Position numbers and translations under genes: made by a program | Notes under the pieces: model-generated | Seen by the model: the letters and a program-made list of their open reading frames with translations, nothing else | What the model was told of the DNA's origin: nothing | Database searches by the model: none | Assembly (NCBI GenBank): GCA_964427285.1 | Contig: CAYRTS010000001.1 | Location: 31,471-95,470 of the forward strand | DNA length: 64,000 nucleotides | Direction: 5' to 3' | Origin: an uncultured Anaerolineaceae bacterium | Lineage (GTDB): Bacteria; Chloroflexota; Limnocylindria; Limnocylindrales; CSP1-4 | Shown here: positions 16,218 to 26,680 of the stretch, piece after piece | How positions within the stretch are numbered: the stretch's first letter is position 1 | Layout of the letters: each line of letters begins with the position of its first letter

Positions 16218-17651
16218 CTACGGTGCCACCTCATCGCTGTCAGCTGGCTTGGCCGCCTTGCGGACCCGCTTTGGCTTGGCCGCCACGGCGTCAACCGCGG
16301 GCGTGACGTCAGCCGCGACCGCGGGTTCTGCGTCGGCCGCGGGCGCGGTGTCAATGGCTTGCACCGCGTCAGACGTTGATTCTGCGTCGGCCGCGGGCGC
16401 CGTGTCAGCCACGGCCGTCGAGCCTGCACCGACCTTGACCGCGGTGGACCTGGCTTTGCTCGCGCGGGCCACCTTCGCCTTTGGTGCCGGCGCTTCCGCG
16501 ACGACGTCAGCCTTCTCCGCGGTAGGCGACTCGGTCGGTGCCGTGAGGGCGGTCGACTCGATCGCGACGGTCGCCGCTGTCGAGGTGGTCGCTGCGTGGG
16601 CGGCGGCGCGGGCCTCGGCGACGGACACGTCACTGCGAATGTCAATCCGCCAGCCCGTCAGGCGTGCCGCGAGCCGCGCGTTCTGCCCTTCGCGGCCGAT
16701 CGCCAGCGAGAGCATCCGCTCCGGGACGGTGACACTGGCGATCCGGTGCTCCTCGTCGATATCGACGGAGATGACCTGGGCCGGGCTGAGCGCATTGGCC
16801 ACCAGGACCGCGGGATCGTCACTCCACGGGATGACGTCGATCTTCTCACCGGACACCTCGGCCACGACCGCCTGGACGCGCGCGCCACGCTGGCCGACGG
16901 TGGCCCCGACCGGATCGAGCCCCTCCTGGCGGGAGGCCACGGCGACCTTGGAACGACTTCCGGCTTCGCGAGCGATCGCCTTGATCTCAACGACGCCACT
17001 GTGGATTTCCGGGACCTCGAGCTCGAACAGGCGCTTGAGGAACCCCTTGTGCGTCCGGCTGACAAAGATCTGTGGGCCACGGACCGAGCGCCTGACTTCG
17101 AGCACGTAGGCCTTGACGTTCTGACCGATCCGGTAGTGCTCGAGGGCGGATTGCTCGGTGGTGGCCAGGATCCCCTCGACGTTCTTGCCGACATCGAGAA
17201 TGATCGCCCGTGGCTCGACCCGGTTGACCGTTCCGGTCATGAGCTCGCCCTCGCGGCTCGCAAACTGGTCGAAGATCTGGTCGCGCTCGACCTCCCGGAT
17301 CCGCTGAAGCACGATCTGCTTGGCCGTCTGAGCACCGATCCGCCCGAAGACGTCGCCATCGAGCTGCTCGGTCTCCACGAGGTCACCGACGCCCGCCCCC
17401 GGATCGATAGCGTGCGCCTGCTCGACCGTCATCTCGGTGAACTCGTCCTCGACCGCGCCCACGACACGGCGGGCGCGAAAGACACGGATCTTGCCGGTCT
17501 CGGCATCGATCCGGACGTGAATGTCTTCATCCCCGGCCACGCGCCGGTAGGCGGACTGAATGCCGTCCTCGACCGCGCCGATCAACTGCTCGCGCGAGAT
17601 CTGCTTTTCGGCATTGAGCTGGAGGAGGGCACCGACGAAGTCACGACTCAC
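16218..17651 (-). CDS. nusA: transcription termination/antitermination factor NusA with an Ala/Thr/Asp-rich disordered C-terminal tail
   Basis: I start it at GTG 17651 (GGAGG 7 nt upstream): (M)SRDFVGALLQLNAEKQISREQLIGAVEDGIQSAY. S1 and KH regions follow. The 586-aa track ORF runs on into ispG and is an artefact. Confidence 0.93.
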   Translation of the reverse strand: MSRDFVGALLQLNAEKQISREQLIGAVEDGIQSAYRRVAGDEDIHVRIDAETGKIRVFRARRVVGAVEDEFTEMTVEQAHAIDPGAGVGDLVETEQLDGDVFGRIGAQTAKQIVLQRIREVERDQIFDQFASREGELMTGTVNRVEPRAIILDVGKNVEGILATTEQSALEHYRIGQNVKAYVLEVRRSVRGPQIFVSRTHKGFLKRLFELEVPEIHSGVVEIKAIAREAGSRSKVAVASRQEGLDPVGATVGQRGARVQAVVAEVSGEKIDVIPWSDDPAVLVANALSPAQVISVDIDEEHRIASVTVPERMLSLAIGREGQNARLAARLTGWRIDIRSDVSVAEARAAAHAATTSTAATVAIESTALTAPTESPTAEKADVVAEAPAPKAKVARASKARSTAVKVGAGSTAVADTAPAADAESTSDAVQAIDTAPAADAEPAVAADVTPAVDAVAAKPKRVRKAAKPADSDEVAP

Positions 17652-17697
17652 GATGGCCTCCGTTCCTGATGCACTGCGGCGTATGTACGGCCCGTTC

Positions 17698-17725
17698 AAT
17701 AAAGAAACGTGGGCGTCACCCACGT
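17698..17725 (-). terminator. canonical intrinsic terminator between ispG and nusA
   Basis: Minus-strand RNA reads ACGUGGG-UGACG-CCCACGU followed by UUCUUUAUU. It is the only stem-plus-U-tract terminator I found in 64 kb, and the AT-rich tail stands out. Confidence 0.65.
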
Positions 17726-17752
17726 CACGGAGCGGCCGTTCGATTGGCCGGG

Positions 17753-17758
17753 AGTATA
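17753..17758 (-). promoter_or_regulatory. -10 hexamer TATACT (cgggtgTATACTCCCGGcc) upstream of the nusA leader
   Basis: It has the same TAnnnT-CC motif as the rplS/rpsB/rpmF/ffh/def upstream regions. It lies 21 nt after the ispG stop and 27 nt before the terminator stem. Confidence 0.35.
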
Positions 17759-17778
17759 CACCCGGGGTGCGTGGACCC

Positions 17779-19029
17779 TCAATGGGCGACGATGGGCTCC
17801 GGCGTCGGAAAGCGCCTCGCGACGTAGTCGTCGAGGATGTCGATGAACTCGGCGACGAGCCCATCGCCACGCAACGTGCGGTCGAGACGACCGTCGATGA
17901 ACACGGGCGCGACCGGATCCTCGAACGTGCCGGGCAGGCTGATCCCGATGTCGGCATGCTTGGACTCGCCCGGGCCATTGACGACGCAGCCCATCACGGC
18001 GACCCGCAGCTCCTCGGCGCCGGGGCGTGTCGTGCGCCACTCGGGCATCCGATCCTTGAGGTGCGTCTGGATCTGGAGGGCCATCTCCTGGAAATACGTC
18101 GATGTCGTCCGGCCGCATCCTGGACAGGCGCTGACCTGGGGCAGGAACGAGCGCAGGCCCATCGACTGGAGGACCTGCTGGGCGACCTCGACCTCTCGCT
18201 CGCGCGGCCCACCTGGCTCGGGCGTGAGTGAGACGCGGATCGTGTCGCCGATTCCTTCGTTGAGCAGGATGGCCAGGCCCGCGGTGGAGGCGACGATCCC
18301 CTTGTCGCCCATCCCGGCCTCGGTCAGGCCAAGGTGGAGCGGGTAGTCGCTGCGCGCGGCCAGGAGGCGGTAGACGTCCACCAGGTCCCGCACGCCGCTG
18401 ACCTTGGCGGACAGGATGATCTGGTCGTGCCGCAGCCCGGTTGCCTCGGCCAGCTCCGCCGAGCGCATCGCCGACTCCAGCATTGCCTCGATCATCACGT
18501 CGCGCGCATCCCGAGGCTCCGCGGCGTGCGCGTTCAGATCCATCAGCTCGGTCAGGATGGCCTGGTCGAGCGAACCCCAGTTGACCCCGATCCGAACCGG
18601 TCGGTCGTGCTCGATGGCGATCCGGATGATCGTGGTGAAGTGCTCGTCGTGACGCTTCGCCCCGACATTTCCAGGGTTGATCCGATACTTGGCGAGGGCG
18701 GCCGCCGTGTCCGGGTACTCCGCGAGCAACTTGTGTCCGTTGTAATGGAAGTCCCCGACGATCGGCACCTCCACACCCAGCCCGCGCACCTTGCGGATCA
18801 TTTCCGGGACCGCGGCCGCGGCCTCGTCCGTGTTGACGGTCACGCGTACGAGTTGCGACCCGGCGTGGGCGAGCCTCGCCACCTGGATCGCGGTCGAGTC
18901 AGCGTCCGCGGTATCGGTGTTGGTCATCGACTGGACCACCACGGGGTGGGCACTGCCGACCAGGACCCCGCCGACGTCGACGCTGACCGTCGGCCGTCGC
19001 CGAGGACGCAGGGCCTCGGCCCCGCTCAT
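17779..19029 (-). CDS. ispG: 4-hydroxy-3-methylbut-2-en-1-yl diphosphate synthase
   Basis: 416 aa. Sequence [44 protein letters not shown], plus C-terminal Cys motifs ACPGCGRT...[10 protein letters not shown]. Confidence 0.95.
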   Translation of the reverse strand: MSGAEALRPRRRPTVSVDVGGVLVGSAHPVVVQSMTNTDTADADSTAIQVARLAHAGSQLVRVTVNTDEAAAAVPEMIRKVRGLGVEVPIVGDFHYNGHKLLAEYPDTAAALAKYRINPGNVGAKRHDEHFTTIIRIAIEHDRPVRIGVNWGSLDQAILTELMDLNAHAAEPRDARDVMIEAMLESAMRSAELAEATGLRHDQIILSAKVSGVRDLVDVYRLLAARSDYPLHLGLTEAGMGDKGIVASTAGLAILLNEGIGDTIRVSLTPEPGGPREREVEVAQQVLQSMGLRSFLPQVSACPGCGRTTSTYFQEMALQIQTHLKDRMPEWRTTRPGAEELRVAVMGCVVNGPGESKHADIGISLPGTFEDPVAPVFIDGRLDRTLRGDGLVAEFIDILDDYVARRFPTPEPIVAH

Positions 19030-20126
19030 GACCCGGCTCCCCCGCCCAGCTCCCGGATGATGTCAAACCCGGTGATCCAGATCAGGAACGCGAACAGGAA
19101 GACGAACCCGACGAGATAGGTCAGCCGCTCCGCCCGCAGGCTGATCCGCCGACCGAAGACGCTCTTGAGCACGATTACCAGCATCCGCCCGCCATCGAGC
19201 GGCGGGAACGGCAGGATGTTGACGACCGCCAGGTTGGCGGACAGGATCCCGGCTACGTAGAGAGTGACGACCGGGCCGAGCTGCCAGAAGATGTCGCCGA
19301 TCTGGGTGGCAATCCCGACTGGACCCGAGACCGGTGGCGGCTCGGTCGGTCGATTGATGATGGCGTCGCCGAGTTGTCCGAGTCCGCCGATGATCAGCCC
19401 GAGCGCATCGATCGTCCGCCGGACGCCCAGCCCGACCGCCTCAGCGGGCCCGTACGAAATCACGGCCCGCGTGGTCGCCGCCGCCTGGGTGATGCCGATC
19501 GCGCCCTGTCCGGCGGCAATCGCTGCCTGATCGCGCAGCGTCACCGCAACCTCGGAGGTTGCCCCGTCGGCGTGCTCGAGCCCGAGCTGCACCGTCTGCC
19601 CGGCCCGGCTGCGCAGATCGACGATCAGCGCTTCATCCCCAAAGGCCCCATACGCGCGGCCGTCGAGATTGGCGATGACATCGCCGGGGACGAGGCCGGC
19701 CGTGGCCGCCGGCGAACCGGGCTGGACCTCCACCACCCGGATCCCAATTGTTGGATCACCAATCAGCGCGATGCCCGTGAAGATCGCGAACGCCAGCACA
19801 ACGTTCATCCCGACGCCGGCGACCAGGATCAGGAGCTTGGTAGGCAGCCGCTGCGCCGCGAATGAGCGCGGATCATCACCATCGTTGCCGTCCTCGCCCT
19901 CGAGCTTGACGAAGCCACCAATCGGTAGCCAGTTGAGCGTGTACAGGGTCTCACCGCTCCTGCCCATCACCCTGGCGCGCGGGGGGAAGCCGATCCCGAA
20001 TTCGAGGACGCGCACCCTGGCCAGCCGGGCGGTCACGAAGTGGCCGAGTTCGTGGATGACCACCAGCACGCCAAGGATCAGGATGAACAGAACGATCGTG
20101 ATGATCGATTGGACCGCCCCGATCAT
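19026..20126 (-). CDS. rseP: RIP site-2 metalloprotease (M50) RseP
   Basis: 366 aa with [11 protein letters not shown], a PDZ-like middle region and multiple TM segments. ATGA overlaps at both ends. Confidence 0.92.
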   Translation of the reverse strand: MIGAVQSIITIVLFILILGVLVVIHELGHFVTARLARVRVLEFGIGFPPRARVMGRSGETLYTLNWLPIGGFVKLEGEDGNDGDDPRSFAAQRLPTKLLILVAGVGMNVVLAFAIFTGIALIGDPTIGIRVVEVQPGSPAATAGLVPGDVIANLDGRAYGAFGDEALIVDLRSRAGQTVQLGLEHADGATSEVAVTLRDQAAIAAGQGAIGITQAAATTRAVISYGPAEAVGLGVRRTIDALGLIIGGLGQLGDAIINRPTEPPPVSGPVGIATQIGDIFWQLGPVVTLYVAGILSANLAVVNILPFPPLDGGRMLVIVLKSVFGRRISLRAERLTYLVGFVFLFAFLIWITGFDIIRELGGGAGS

Positions 20127-21346
20127 GCTGCGCCTCCCACCACGGGTGCGGCAAGGGCGGCGCGGATCTCCCGGTCCATATCGAGCAGCTCATCAATCCC
20201 GGGATCGCCGGGGCCGGATCCGTAGCGCGTCACGGCGTCCTCGAGCAGCCCCGGAATTCGGTCAAAACTGAGGCTGCCGCCGAGGAAGCGGGCCACCGCC
20301 ACCTCGTCGGCGACGATGAGTGCGGCGGAGGCGCGCGCACCGGCCCGACCGGCCTCCCGGGCGATGCGGAGCGCCGGAAAGCGGCCCTCATCGGGCGCTC
20401 GAAACTCGAGGCGCCCCGTGGCCACCAGATCCGGTGACGCAACGGGCGAGGGACGACGATCTGGATAGGTGAGTGCGTACTGGATGGGAAGTCGCATGTC
20501 CGGGGTGCCCAACTGGGCCTTGACGGAGCCGTCGGCAAATCGGACGGCTGAGTGGACGACGCTCTGCGGATGGATCAGCACCTCGATCGCGTCGTAGCCT
20601 ACATCGTACAGCCAGTGTGCCTCGATCACCTCCAGGCCCTTGTTGGCGAGGGTCGCCGAGTCAATAGTGATCTTGGCGCCCATCGTCCAGGTCGGATGGC
20701 GCAACGCCTGCTCCGGCGTGATCGACGAAAGGTCAGCCGGGGCATCCAGGAACGGGCCGCCCGAAGCGGTCAGGATCAGCGCGGCCACGCTCCCCATTGC
20801 CTCGCCGGCCAGGCACTGCCAGATCGCCGAGTGCTCGGAGTCGATCGGACGAAGCCACGCCAGGGGGCTGGCGTATGGGTCGCGGGTGTCCGCCGCAGCT
20901 CGGACAGCGGCGAGTCGACGCGCTGCGGGCATGACCAGGTGACCTCCAGCCACCAACGTCTCCTTGTTGGCGGTGGCCACGATCTTGCCCGCCTCCAGCG
21001 CGGCGATGACCGGGCGAAGGCTGACCAGCCCGCCGGTGGCGACGACCACGATATCGACGTCATCGCGCGTAGCCAGCCGCTCGAGGGCGACGGCGCCACC
21101 CACGTACTCCGATCCAGGCGGGAGATCCAAGGCCCTGGAGGCGGCCGCATCGGACAGCCCCACGGCCGCCGGACGAAGTCTCGCCGCCTGCTCTGCGAGG
21201 ACCGCGGCGTCAGAACCGGCCGCCAGGGCGACGACCCGGAATGCGCCGGGATTGGCCTCCAGCACCTCGACCGTCTGGCGTCCGATCGAGCCGGTCGAAC
21301 CCAGGACAGCCACGCCCCGAATCGCTCGATCGTCCCGGATCGCCAC
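20123..21346 (-). CDS. dxr: 1-deoxy-D-xylulose 5-phosphate reductoisomerase
   Basis: VAVLGSTGSIGRQTVEVL is the NADPH-binding start. Start is uncertain: GTG 21346, TTG 21358 (track) or GTG 21313. Confidence 0.93.
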   Translation of the reverse strand: MAIRDDRAIRGVAVLGSTGSIGRQTVEVLEANPGAFRVVALAAGSDAAVLAEQAARLRPAAVGLSDAAASRALDLPPGSEYVGGAVALERLATRDDVDIVVVATGGLVSLRPVIAALEAGKIVATANKETLVAGGHLVMPAARRLAAVRAAADTRDPYASPLAWLRPIDSEHSAIWQCLAGEAMGSVAALILTASGGPFLDAPADLSSITPEQALRHPTWTMGAKITIDSATLANKGLEVIEAHWLYDVGYDAIEVLIHPQSVVHSAVRFADGSVKAQLGTPDMRLPIQYALTYPDRRPSPVASPDLVATGRLEFRAPDEGRFPALRIAREAGRAGARASAALIVADEVAVARFLGGSLSFDRIPGLLEDAVTRYGSGPGDPGIDELLDMDREIRAALAAPVVGGAA

Positions 21347-21347
21347 C

Positions 21348-22175
21348 TCAGCGCACAACCGCGAGCACGTAGAGGGTCATGACCGGGGCGGCAAACAGGA
21401 ATGAGTCGACGCGATCAAGGATCCCGCCGTGGCCCGGGATCAGGGTCCCGGAATCGCCTGCTCCGGCCGCGCGCTTGATCATCGATTCAGCCAGGTCGCC
21501 GACCTGCGCGGACAGCGCCATCAGGGGACCAAGCAGGAGCCCCTGCAGCGGCGGTTGACCGAGCCCCACGAGGAGGATCATGGCAACGATCGTCGTGGCA
21601 ACCGTCCCGCCAGCCACGCCCTCGACGGTCTTGGACGGCGAGATGTGGGTCAGGAACCGGGTCCGCCCAAACCGCTTCCCAACACTGTAGGCCCCCGTGT
21701 CATAGGACCAGACCAGCAAGACCAGCAACAGGATCCAGGCTCGTTCGGCACCCAGCCATGCGATCGGAGATCCAGGCGGAACGACCGGGGCCACCTCACC
21801 GAGTCGCAGGACGAACGACAACAATGCGACGTAGGTCGCGCCGAAGATCGTTGACATCCAGGTCGCGAGGCCATCGTGGGGATCCGGCCTGGTCAACGAC
21901 GCGGCGGCCACCAGCAGGATGCCAACAGCCACCAGCAGGAGGCCGCTGCTGCCGAGAACCCCGGGGACAGCCGCATCGAGGACCGTTGCCAGGGCCAGAG
22001 CGGTGCCCAACGCAGACAGCGGAGCGTAGCCCGCGGCACGGAGCAGGCGGAACACCTCGATCGCGGCCAGGGCTGTGGCCAGGGCAAGGGCGGCAACCAG
22101 CACCTGTCCGCCGATGGCCAGGATGACCAGGAGCACCGGCACGAACACCGCGGCGCTGACCGCGCGCTGACGCAT
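21348..22175 (-). CDS. cdsA: phosphatidate cytidylyltransferase
   Basis: I start it at ATG 22175 (MRQRAVSAAVFVPVLLVIL...). Signature SMIKRAAGAGDSGTLIPGHGGILDRVDS. Confidence 0.9.
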   Translation of the reverse strand: MRQRAVSAAVFVPVLLVILAIGGQVLVAALALATALAAIEVFRLLRAAGYAPLSALGTALALATVLDAAVPGVLGSSGLLLVAVGILLVAAASLTRPDPHDGLATWMSTIFGATYVALLSFVLRLGEVAPVVPPGSPIAWLGAERAWILLLVLLVWSYDTGAYSVGKRFGRTRFLTHISPSKTVEGVAGGTVATTIVAMILLVGLGQPPLQGLLLGPLMALSAQVGDLAESMIKRAAGAGDSGTLIPGHGGILDRVDSFLFAAPVMTLYVLAVVR

Positions 22176-22191
22176 CGGCGAGCCTACCTGC

Positions 22192-22992
22192 TCAGCGCCC
22201 GAAGCGGCGCTGGCGAACCGCGAATTCCTGGAGCGCGGCGTCGAAGGTGTCCGGCCCGAAGTCGGGCCACAGCGCATCGCACGAATAGAACTCGGCATAC
22301 GCGGACTGCCAGATCAGGAAGTTGGACAGACGCTGTTCCCCCCCGGTGCGAATGACCAGGTCCGGATCCGGGAGACCGGCCGTGTACAGGGAGGCGCTGA
22401 TCGCCTGTTCGTCGATTTCTGACGGCCGGGTCCCGCTCGCCGCGAGCCGGCGGAAGGCATCGACGAGCTCGGTCCGGCCGGCATAGTTGAACGCGATATT
22501 GAGGACCAGCCGATCGCCGCCAGCGGTCGCGTCGAGCGCCTCGCCGATCGATGCACGGGTCGCCTCGGGGAGCTCATTCAGCCGCCCGAGCAGTTGCACC
22601 CGGACGCCTTGCGCACGCAGCTCCGCGGTCTCGCTCCGAATGGCGGCCTCCAGCAGGCCGAACAGCCCGCTGACCTCCTCGTCCGATCGAGCCCAGTTCT
22701 CCCGACTGAACGCATACAGGGTCAGGACCGGGACGCCACGCGTGACAGCGTGGCGGAGCAAACCCCGAATCGCCTCGACGCCGGCGGCATGCCCATCGAT
22801 CTCCGACAGGTTCCGCTGTCTTGCCCAGCGCCGGTTGCCGTCCATGATGATCGCCACGTGGCGGGGCAATTCGTCCGGGGTCGTCGCCGGCGGCGCGGCG
22901 AGCGAGGTCACACCGGCAGTCGCGTCCCCCCGTGCCGGTACGTGCGCCACGGGCAGCGCGTCTGTCGGCCTGGCAAGGGGTGCGCCAGCCAC
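22192..22992 (-). CDS. uppS: isoprenyl transferase (undecaprenyl-diphosphate synthase family)
   Basis: Motifs PRHVAIIMDGNRRWA and LTLYAFSRENWARS. Start taken as GTG 22992, abutting the frr stop. The exact start is uncertain, and the track ORF extends into frr. Confidence 0.88.
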   Translation of the reverse strand: MAGAPLARPTDALPVAHVPARGDATAGVTSLAAPPATTPDELPRHVAIIMDGNRRWARQRNLSEIDGHAAGVEAIRGLLRHAVTRGVPVLTLYAFSRENWARSDEEVSGLFGLLEAAIRSETAELRAQGVRVQLLGRLNELPEATRASIGEALDATAGGDRLVLNIAFNYAGRTELVDAFRRLAASGTRPSEIDEQAISASLYTAGLPDPDLVIRTGGEQRLSNFLIWQSAYAEFYSCDALWPDFGPDTFDAALQEFAVRQRRFGR

Positions 22993-23549
22993 TAGACCTC
23001 GAGAACCTCCTGTTCCTTCGCGGCGCCCAGTCGATCGATATCGGCGACGTGGCGATCGGTCGTCCGCTGGAGTGTTTCGATCTCGCGGTGCGACTCGTCG
23101 GTGCCGATCCCGCCATCGCGCTCCTCGCGCTTGAGATGATCGGCGGCGTCTCGGCGCAGGTTGCGGACCTCGACCCTGGCCTCCTCCATCCGCTTGTGGA
23201 CGACCCGGACCAGATCCTTGCGACGCTCCTCGGTGAGCGGCGGGATGTTGAGCCGCACAACCGTGCCGTCGACATTCGGCATCAGGCCGATGTCGCTCTT
23301 GATGATGGCTTTTTCGATCGCCCCCAGCACGCCCCGATCCCACGGCTGGATCACGATCTGGTGGGCCTCGGGCAAGCTGATCCCGGCCAGTTGATTGAGC
23401 GGCGTGGACGTGCCGTAGTACTCGACGTGGATCCGCTCGACCAGCGCCGTCGAGGCACGCCCGGTACGCAACCCGCCGAAGTCGCGTTCCATGGCCTCCA
23501 CGGCGCGGGCCATCTTGCGATCAGCCTCGGTCAGGATCTCGCTACTCAT
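22992..23549 (-). CDS. frr: ribosome recycling factor
   Basis: 185 aa. Sequences ...[20 protein letters not shown]... and ...[16 protein letters not shown].... Confidence 0.96.
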   Translation of the reverse strand: MSSEILTEADRKMARAVEAMERDFGGLRTGRASTALVERIHVEYYGTSTPLNQLAGISLPEAHQIVIQPWDRGVLGAIEKAIIKSDIGLMPNVDGTVVRLNIPPLTEERRKDLVRVVHKRMEEARVEVRNLRRDAADHLKREERDGGIGTDESHREIETLQRTTDRHVADIDRLGAAKEQEVLEV

Positions 23550-24310
23550 GATCGGACACCTCCGGCGGCGCTCGATGCGCTCGAGATCAGGGTGCCGACC
23601 GGCTCACCGACGGCTACCCGGGTGATGTTATCGGGCTGGTTGAGGTCGAACACCACGATCGGCAGGTCGTTCTCCATGCACAGGCTCACGGCCGTTGAAT
23701 CAAGAACCCGGAGCTGGTCACGGAGCAGGTCTGAATATTCGAGTTGAGCGTAACGCCGGGCGTCGGGATGCGCCATCGGATCACGATCGTAGACCCCGTC
23801 AACCTTGGTCGCCTTGAGCAGGACCTGGGCATTGATCTCGACGGCTCGCAGCGCCGCGGCAGTGTCGGTCGTGAAGTACGGGTTGCCGGTTCCGGCGACG
23901 AACAGCGCTACGCGACCCTTTTCGAGGTGGCGGATCGCCCGGCGACGAATGTACGGCTCGGCCACCTCGTTCATGGCGATCGCGGTCATGACCCGCGTCG
24001 GCACGCCGGCCCGCTCGAGGGCGTCCTGCAGCGCCAACCCGTTCATTACCGTGGCGAGCATCCCGATGTAGTCCCCGGTGGCGCGGTCCATGCCCCGGGC
24101 GGAAGCCGCGAGCCCGCGAAAGATGTTCCCGCCGCCGACGACGATCCCGATCTGGACACCAAGCCGGTGGACTTCTGCGACCTGCCTGGCGATGAACGCA
24201 CAGAACGCGGGGTCGACGCCGTACTGCCGATCCCCCAGCAGCGCCTCACCTGACAGCTTGAGGACGACGCGCTGATAGCGCAGGGGCGTCGACATGCCTG
24301 GCGCGGTCAC
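23546..24310 (-). CDS. pyrH: UMP kinase
   Basis: 254 aa. Motifs [13 protein letters not shown] and [10 protein letters not shown]. Confidence 0.96.
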   Translation of the reverse strand: MTAPGMSTPLRYQRVVLKLSGEALLGDRQYGVDPAFCAFIARQVAEVHRLGVQIGIVVGGGNIFRGLAASARGMDRATGDYIGMLATVMNGLALQDALERAGVPTRVMTAIAMNEVAEPYIRRRAIRHLEKGRVALFVAGTGNPYFTTDTAAALRAVEINAQVLLKATKVDGVYDRDPMAHPDARRYAQLEYSDLLRDQLRVLDSTAVSLCMENDLPIVVFDLNQPDNITRVAVGEPVGTLISSASSAAGGVRS

Positions 24311-24906
24311 AGCTCTTCGGCCAGCGCGTAGCGGGTGAAGCGCCGGACCCGGATGTTCTCGCCGATCGTGGCGATCCGGTCGTTGATCAAGTCGCGCACC
24401 GTGCGCTCCTCGTCACGAAACGGCTGGTCGTACAGGCAGACCTGCGAATACCACTTCTTGAGCTGGCCCTCAATGATCTGGGGGCGGACGCTCTCCGGCT
24501 TTTTCTGGGTCGCCTCGTCGCGCAGCAGCTCCGCCTTCTTCGCTTCGACATCTGCCGGCGGGATCCGGTCCGCATCGACGTATATGGGGGCCAGGCCCGC
24601 GACCTGGATGGCCAAATCCCGGGTCAGCCTCTGGAACTCATCGGTCCGTGCCACGAAATCCGTTTCGCAGTTGACTTCGATCAGCACCCCGACGCGACCG
24701 CCGGTGTGGATGTAGCTCGAAATGAGTCCTTCCAACGCCTCGCGACCCGACTTCCTGGCCGCCGCCGCGAGTCCCTTCTCGCGGAGCAGCCCGATCGCCA
24801 CGTCCATGTCTCCGTCGGCGGCGACCAGGGCGCCCTTGCAATCCATGAAGCCTGCGCCGGTCCGCTCGCGCAGTTCCTTGACCATTCCGGCCGAGATGTC
24901 CGCCAT
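24307..24906 (-). CDS. tsf: elongation factor Ts (short ~200-aa form)
   Basis: I start it at ATG 24906 (AGGAGAG upstream): [27 protein letters not shown]...[10 protein letters not shown]. Confidence 0.94.
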   Translation of the reverse strand: MADISAGMVKELRERTGAGFMDCKGALVAADGDMDVAIGLLREKGLAAAARKSGREALEGLISSYIHTGGRVGVLIEVNCETDFVARTDEFQRLTRDLAIQVAGLAPIYVDADRIPPADVEAKKAELLRDEATQKKPESVRPQIIEGQLKKWYSQVCLYDQPFRDEERTVRDLINDRIATIGENIRVRRFTRYALAEEL

Positions 24907-24970
24907 GCCTGTCTTCTCTCCTGTCATGCGCCCCGGGTTCAGAACGCGAGTTCCCGTCGTCTCCAGCCTT

Positions 24971-24990
24971 CTGGCCGCCCCGGCGGCCAG
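24971..24990 (-). promoter_or_regulatory. strong intercistronic hairpin between rpsB and tsf (8-bp all-but-one GC stem, 4-nt loop)
   Basis: Read directly: ctggccgc-cccg-gcggccag, 11 nt after the rpsB stop, with no U-tract. The position is analogous to the rpsB-tsf attenuator known in E. coli. Confidence 0.45.
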
Positions 24991-25001
24991 TGTCGATGCC
25001 T

Positions 25002-25973
25002 TCAGCCGCCGGGGCCGACCTCTTCCGCCTTCTCGGCGGCTTCGCGAGCCAGCTCTGCGGCGATCTCCTCGGGAGTCGCTTCCGGCGGTGCGTCGGGGAT
25101 AACCGCGCCAGCTCGCGCGACCCGATCGCCCGGCAGCAGGTCGTCCTCGTCGAGGTCCGGCTCAAATGACAGGGCCGCGCCGCCCGCGAGAGCCGCGACC
25201 AGCTGGTCGGTGGCTCCGGGCTCCTCGTCCTCGGGCTCGGGCATCGCCATCGGCTCGATCGACTCCGACTCCGACGAGCTACCGGCGGATCGCTGGCGGG
25301 CACCTTCAATCGCGGCGTCCGCGACCAGGGCGCATAGCAGGCGGATGGCCCGGATGGCATCGTCGTTGGCGGGAATGATGTAGTTCAGCTCGTCTGGGTC
25401 CACGTTGGTGTCACCGGTTCCGACGACCGGGATTTCCAGCTTGTTGGCCTCGGTCACGCCGATCCGCTCACGATGCGGGTCGACGATGAACACCGCACCG
25501 GGCAGACGCTTCATCTTGCGCATGCCGCCGAGGGTGCCCTGGAGCTTGACCATCTCCTCGGTGAGCTTGGCCGCCTCCTTCTTCGTCATGCGATCGAAGT
25601 CGCCGTTCTGCTGGCGAGCCTCGAGCTGCTCGAGGAGGCTGATTCGCTTCTTGATGGTGGTGAAGTTGGTCAGCATGCCGCCCAGCCAGCGCTTGTTCAC
25701 GTACGGCTGGTTGGCCCGGGCGGCTTCCTGGGCAACGGGCTCCTGGGCCTGCTTCTTGGTTCCCACGAACAGGACCTGATCGCCCCGCGCCACGGTCTCG
25801 CGGACGAATTCGAGCGCCGACTCCAGCCGGGTGACGGTCTGGGCCAGGTCGATGATGTGGATCCCGTTGCGCTCCGCGAAGATGAACGGGCGCATCTTGG
25901 GGTTCCAGCGGCGAGTCTGGTGACCGAAGTGGACTCCGGCTTCCAGCAGCTGCCGCATTGAGACGGACGGCAC
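25002..25973 (-). CDS. rpsB: 30S ribosomal protein S2 with an acidic C-terminal extension
   Basis: I start it at GTG 25973 (AGGAGG upstream): (M)[26 protein letters not shown]. The 447-aa track ORF is over-extended at the 5' end. Confidence 0.95.
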   Translation of the reverse strand: MPSVSMRQLLEAGVHFGHQTRRWNPKMRPFIFAERNGIHIIDLAQTVTRLESALEFVRETVARGDQVLFVGTKKQAQEPVAQEAARANQPYVNKRWLGGMLTNFTTIKKRISLLEQLEARQQNGDFDRMTKKEAAKLTEEMVKLQGTLGGMRKMKRLPGAVFIVDPHRERIGVTEANKLEIPVVGTGDTNVDPDELNYIIPANDDAIRAIRLLCALVADAAIEGARQRSAGSSSESESIEPMAMPEPEDEEPGATDQLVAALAGGAALSFEPDLDEDDLLPGDRVARAGAVIPDAPPEATPEEIAAELAREAAEKAEEVGPGG

Positions 25974-26140
25974 GGTGAGCGACCTCCTGTTCGGTTTGTT
26001 CCTCCGCAAACCTCGTCGCCGGGAGCCGGTCCCCTGCGGGCTGTCGGCACCGTCCCGGTCGGAACGATCTGCGTGTGAGCTCCGCGCACCATGCGCGGGC
26101 GATTTGATCAGGCGGCTCGGGCGGACCCGGACCGGGCGGG

Positions 26141-26150
26141 AGTGTAGCAC
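26141..26150 (-). promoter_or_regulatory. extended -10 promoter candidate for rpsB (GTGC-TACACT-CCCGCC)
   Basis: Minus strand reads cGTGCTACACTCCCGCCCg about 165 nt upstream of the rpsB GTG. Confidence 0.45.
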
Positions 26151-26200
26151 GACCCGACAGTGGCGCCCGCCAGGCATGGGCGCAGGTGTGCTGCCCGTTC

Positions 26201-26680
26201 CTACGTCAGTCCGAGCACCGCCTCCAGTCGGTCGATCAGGGGGATCTGGGCGGCCTTGATCCGAAGGCGCGCCTCGGCGAGATCGAACCAGGCCACGCGG
26301 TCGATCTCCGGGATCGTCTCGATCGTGCCCGAGCCAGGTGGCCATTCGATCTCGATCGTGTTCGAGTGCGCCTCCTCCGGCCGGGCGTCACCCTCGATGG
26401 CCCAGGCGTGGACGACCTTGCCACCCTTCTGAACGATCGAGCCCAGTTCGATCAGCGCGGCAGCGGGCAGCGGAAGGCCGGTCTCCTCCCTGAACTCGCG
26501 CAGCGCGGCGTCGAAGATCGGCTCGTCCGGGTTCGGCTCACCCTTGGGGACGGTCCAGTGGCCGGCATCGCGTCGCGCGAACCACGGACCACCCGGATGC
26601 GCGAGCAGAACCTCCAGCCTCGCCTCGGGAGCGACGCGACGGTAGAGCAGGACGCCGCCGCTGACCCTGGGGAGTGGCAT
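26201..26680 (-). CDS. NUDIX hydrolase
   Basis: Start ATG 26680, 159 aa. Nudix box [23 protein letters not shown]. The track ORF (265 aa) is over-extended. Confidence 0.85.
   Translation of the reverse strand: MPLPRVSGGVLLYRRVAPEARLEVLLAHPGGPWFARRDAGHWTVPKGEPNPDEPIFDAALREFREETGLPLPAAALIELGSIVQKGGKVVHAWAIEGDARPEEAHSNTIEIEWPPGSGTIETIPEIDRVAWFDLAEARLRIKAAQIPLIDRLEAVLGLT

Noticed and set aside
14665-17109. 814-aa + strand ORF spanning infB, ylxR and nusA
   Set aside because: It is antisense to three strongly supported genes. It is a low-complexity Ala/Ser/Thr/Arg/Pro translation with no domain signature, so it is a stop-codon-poor shadow frame.
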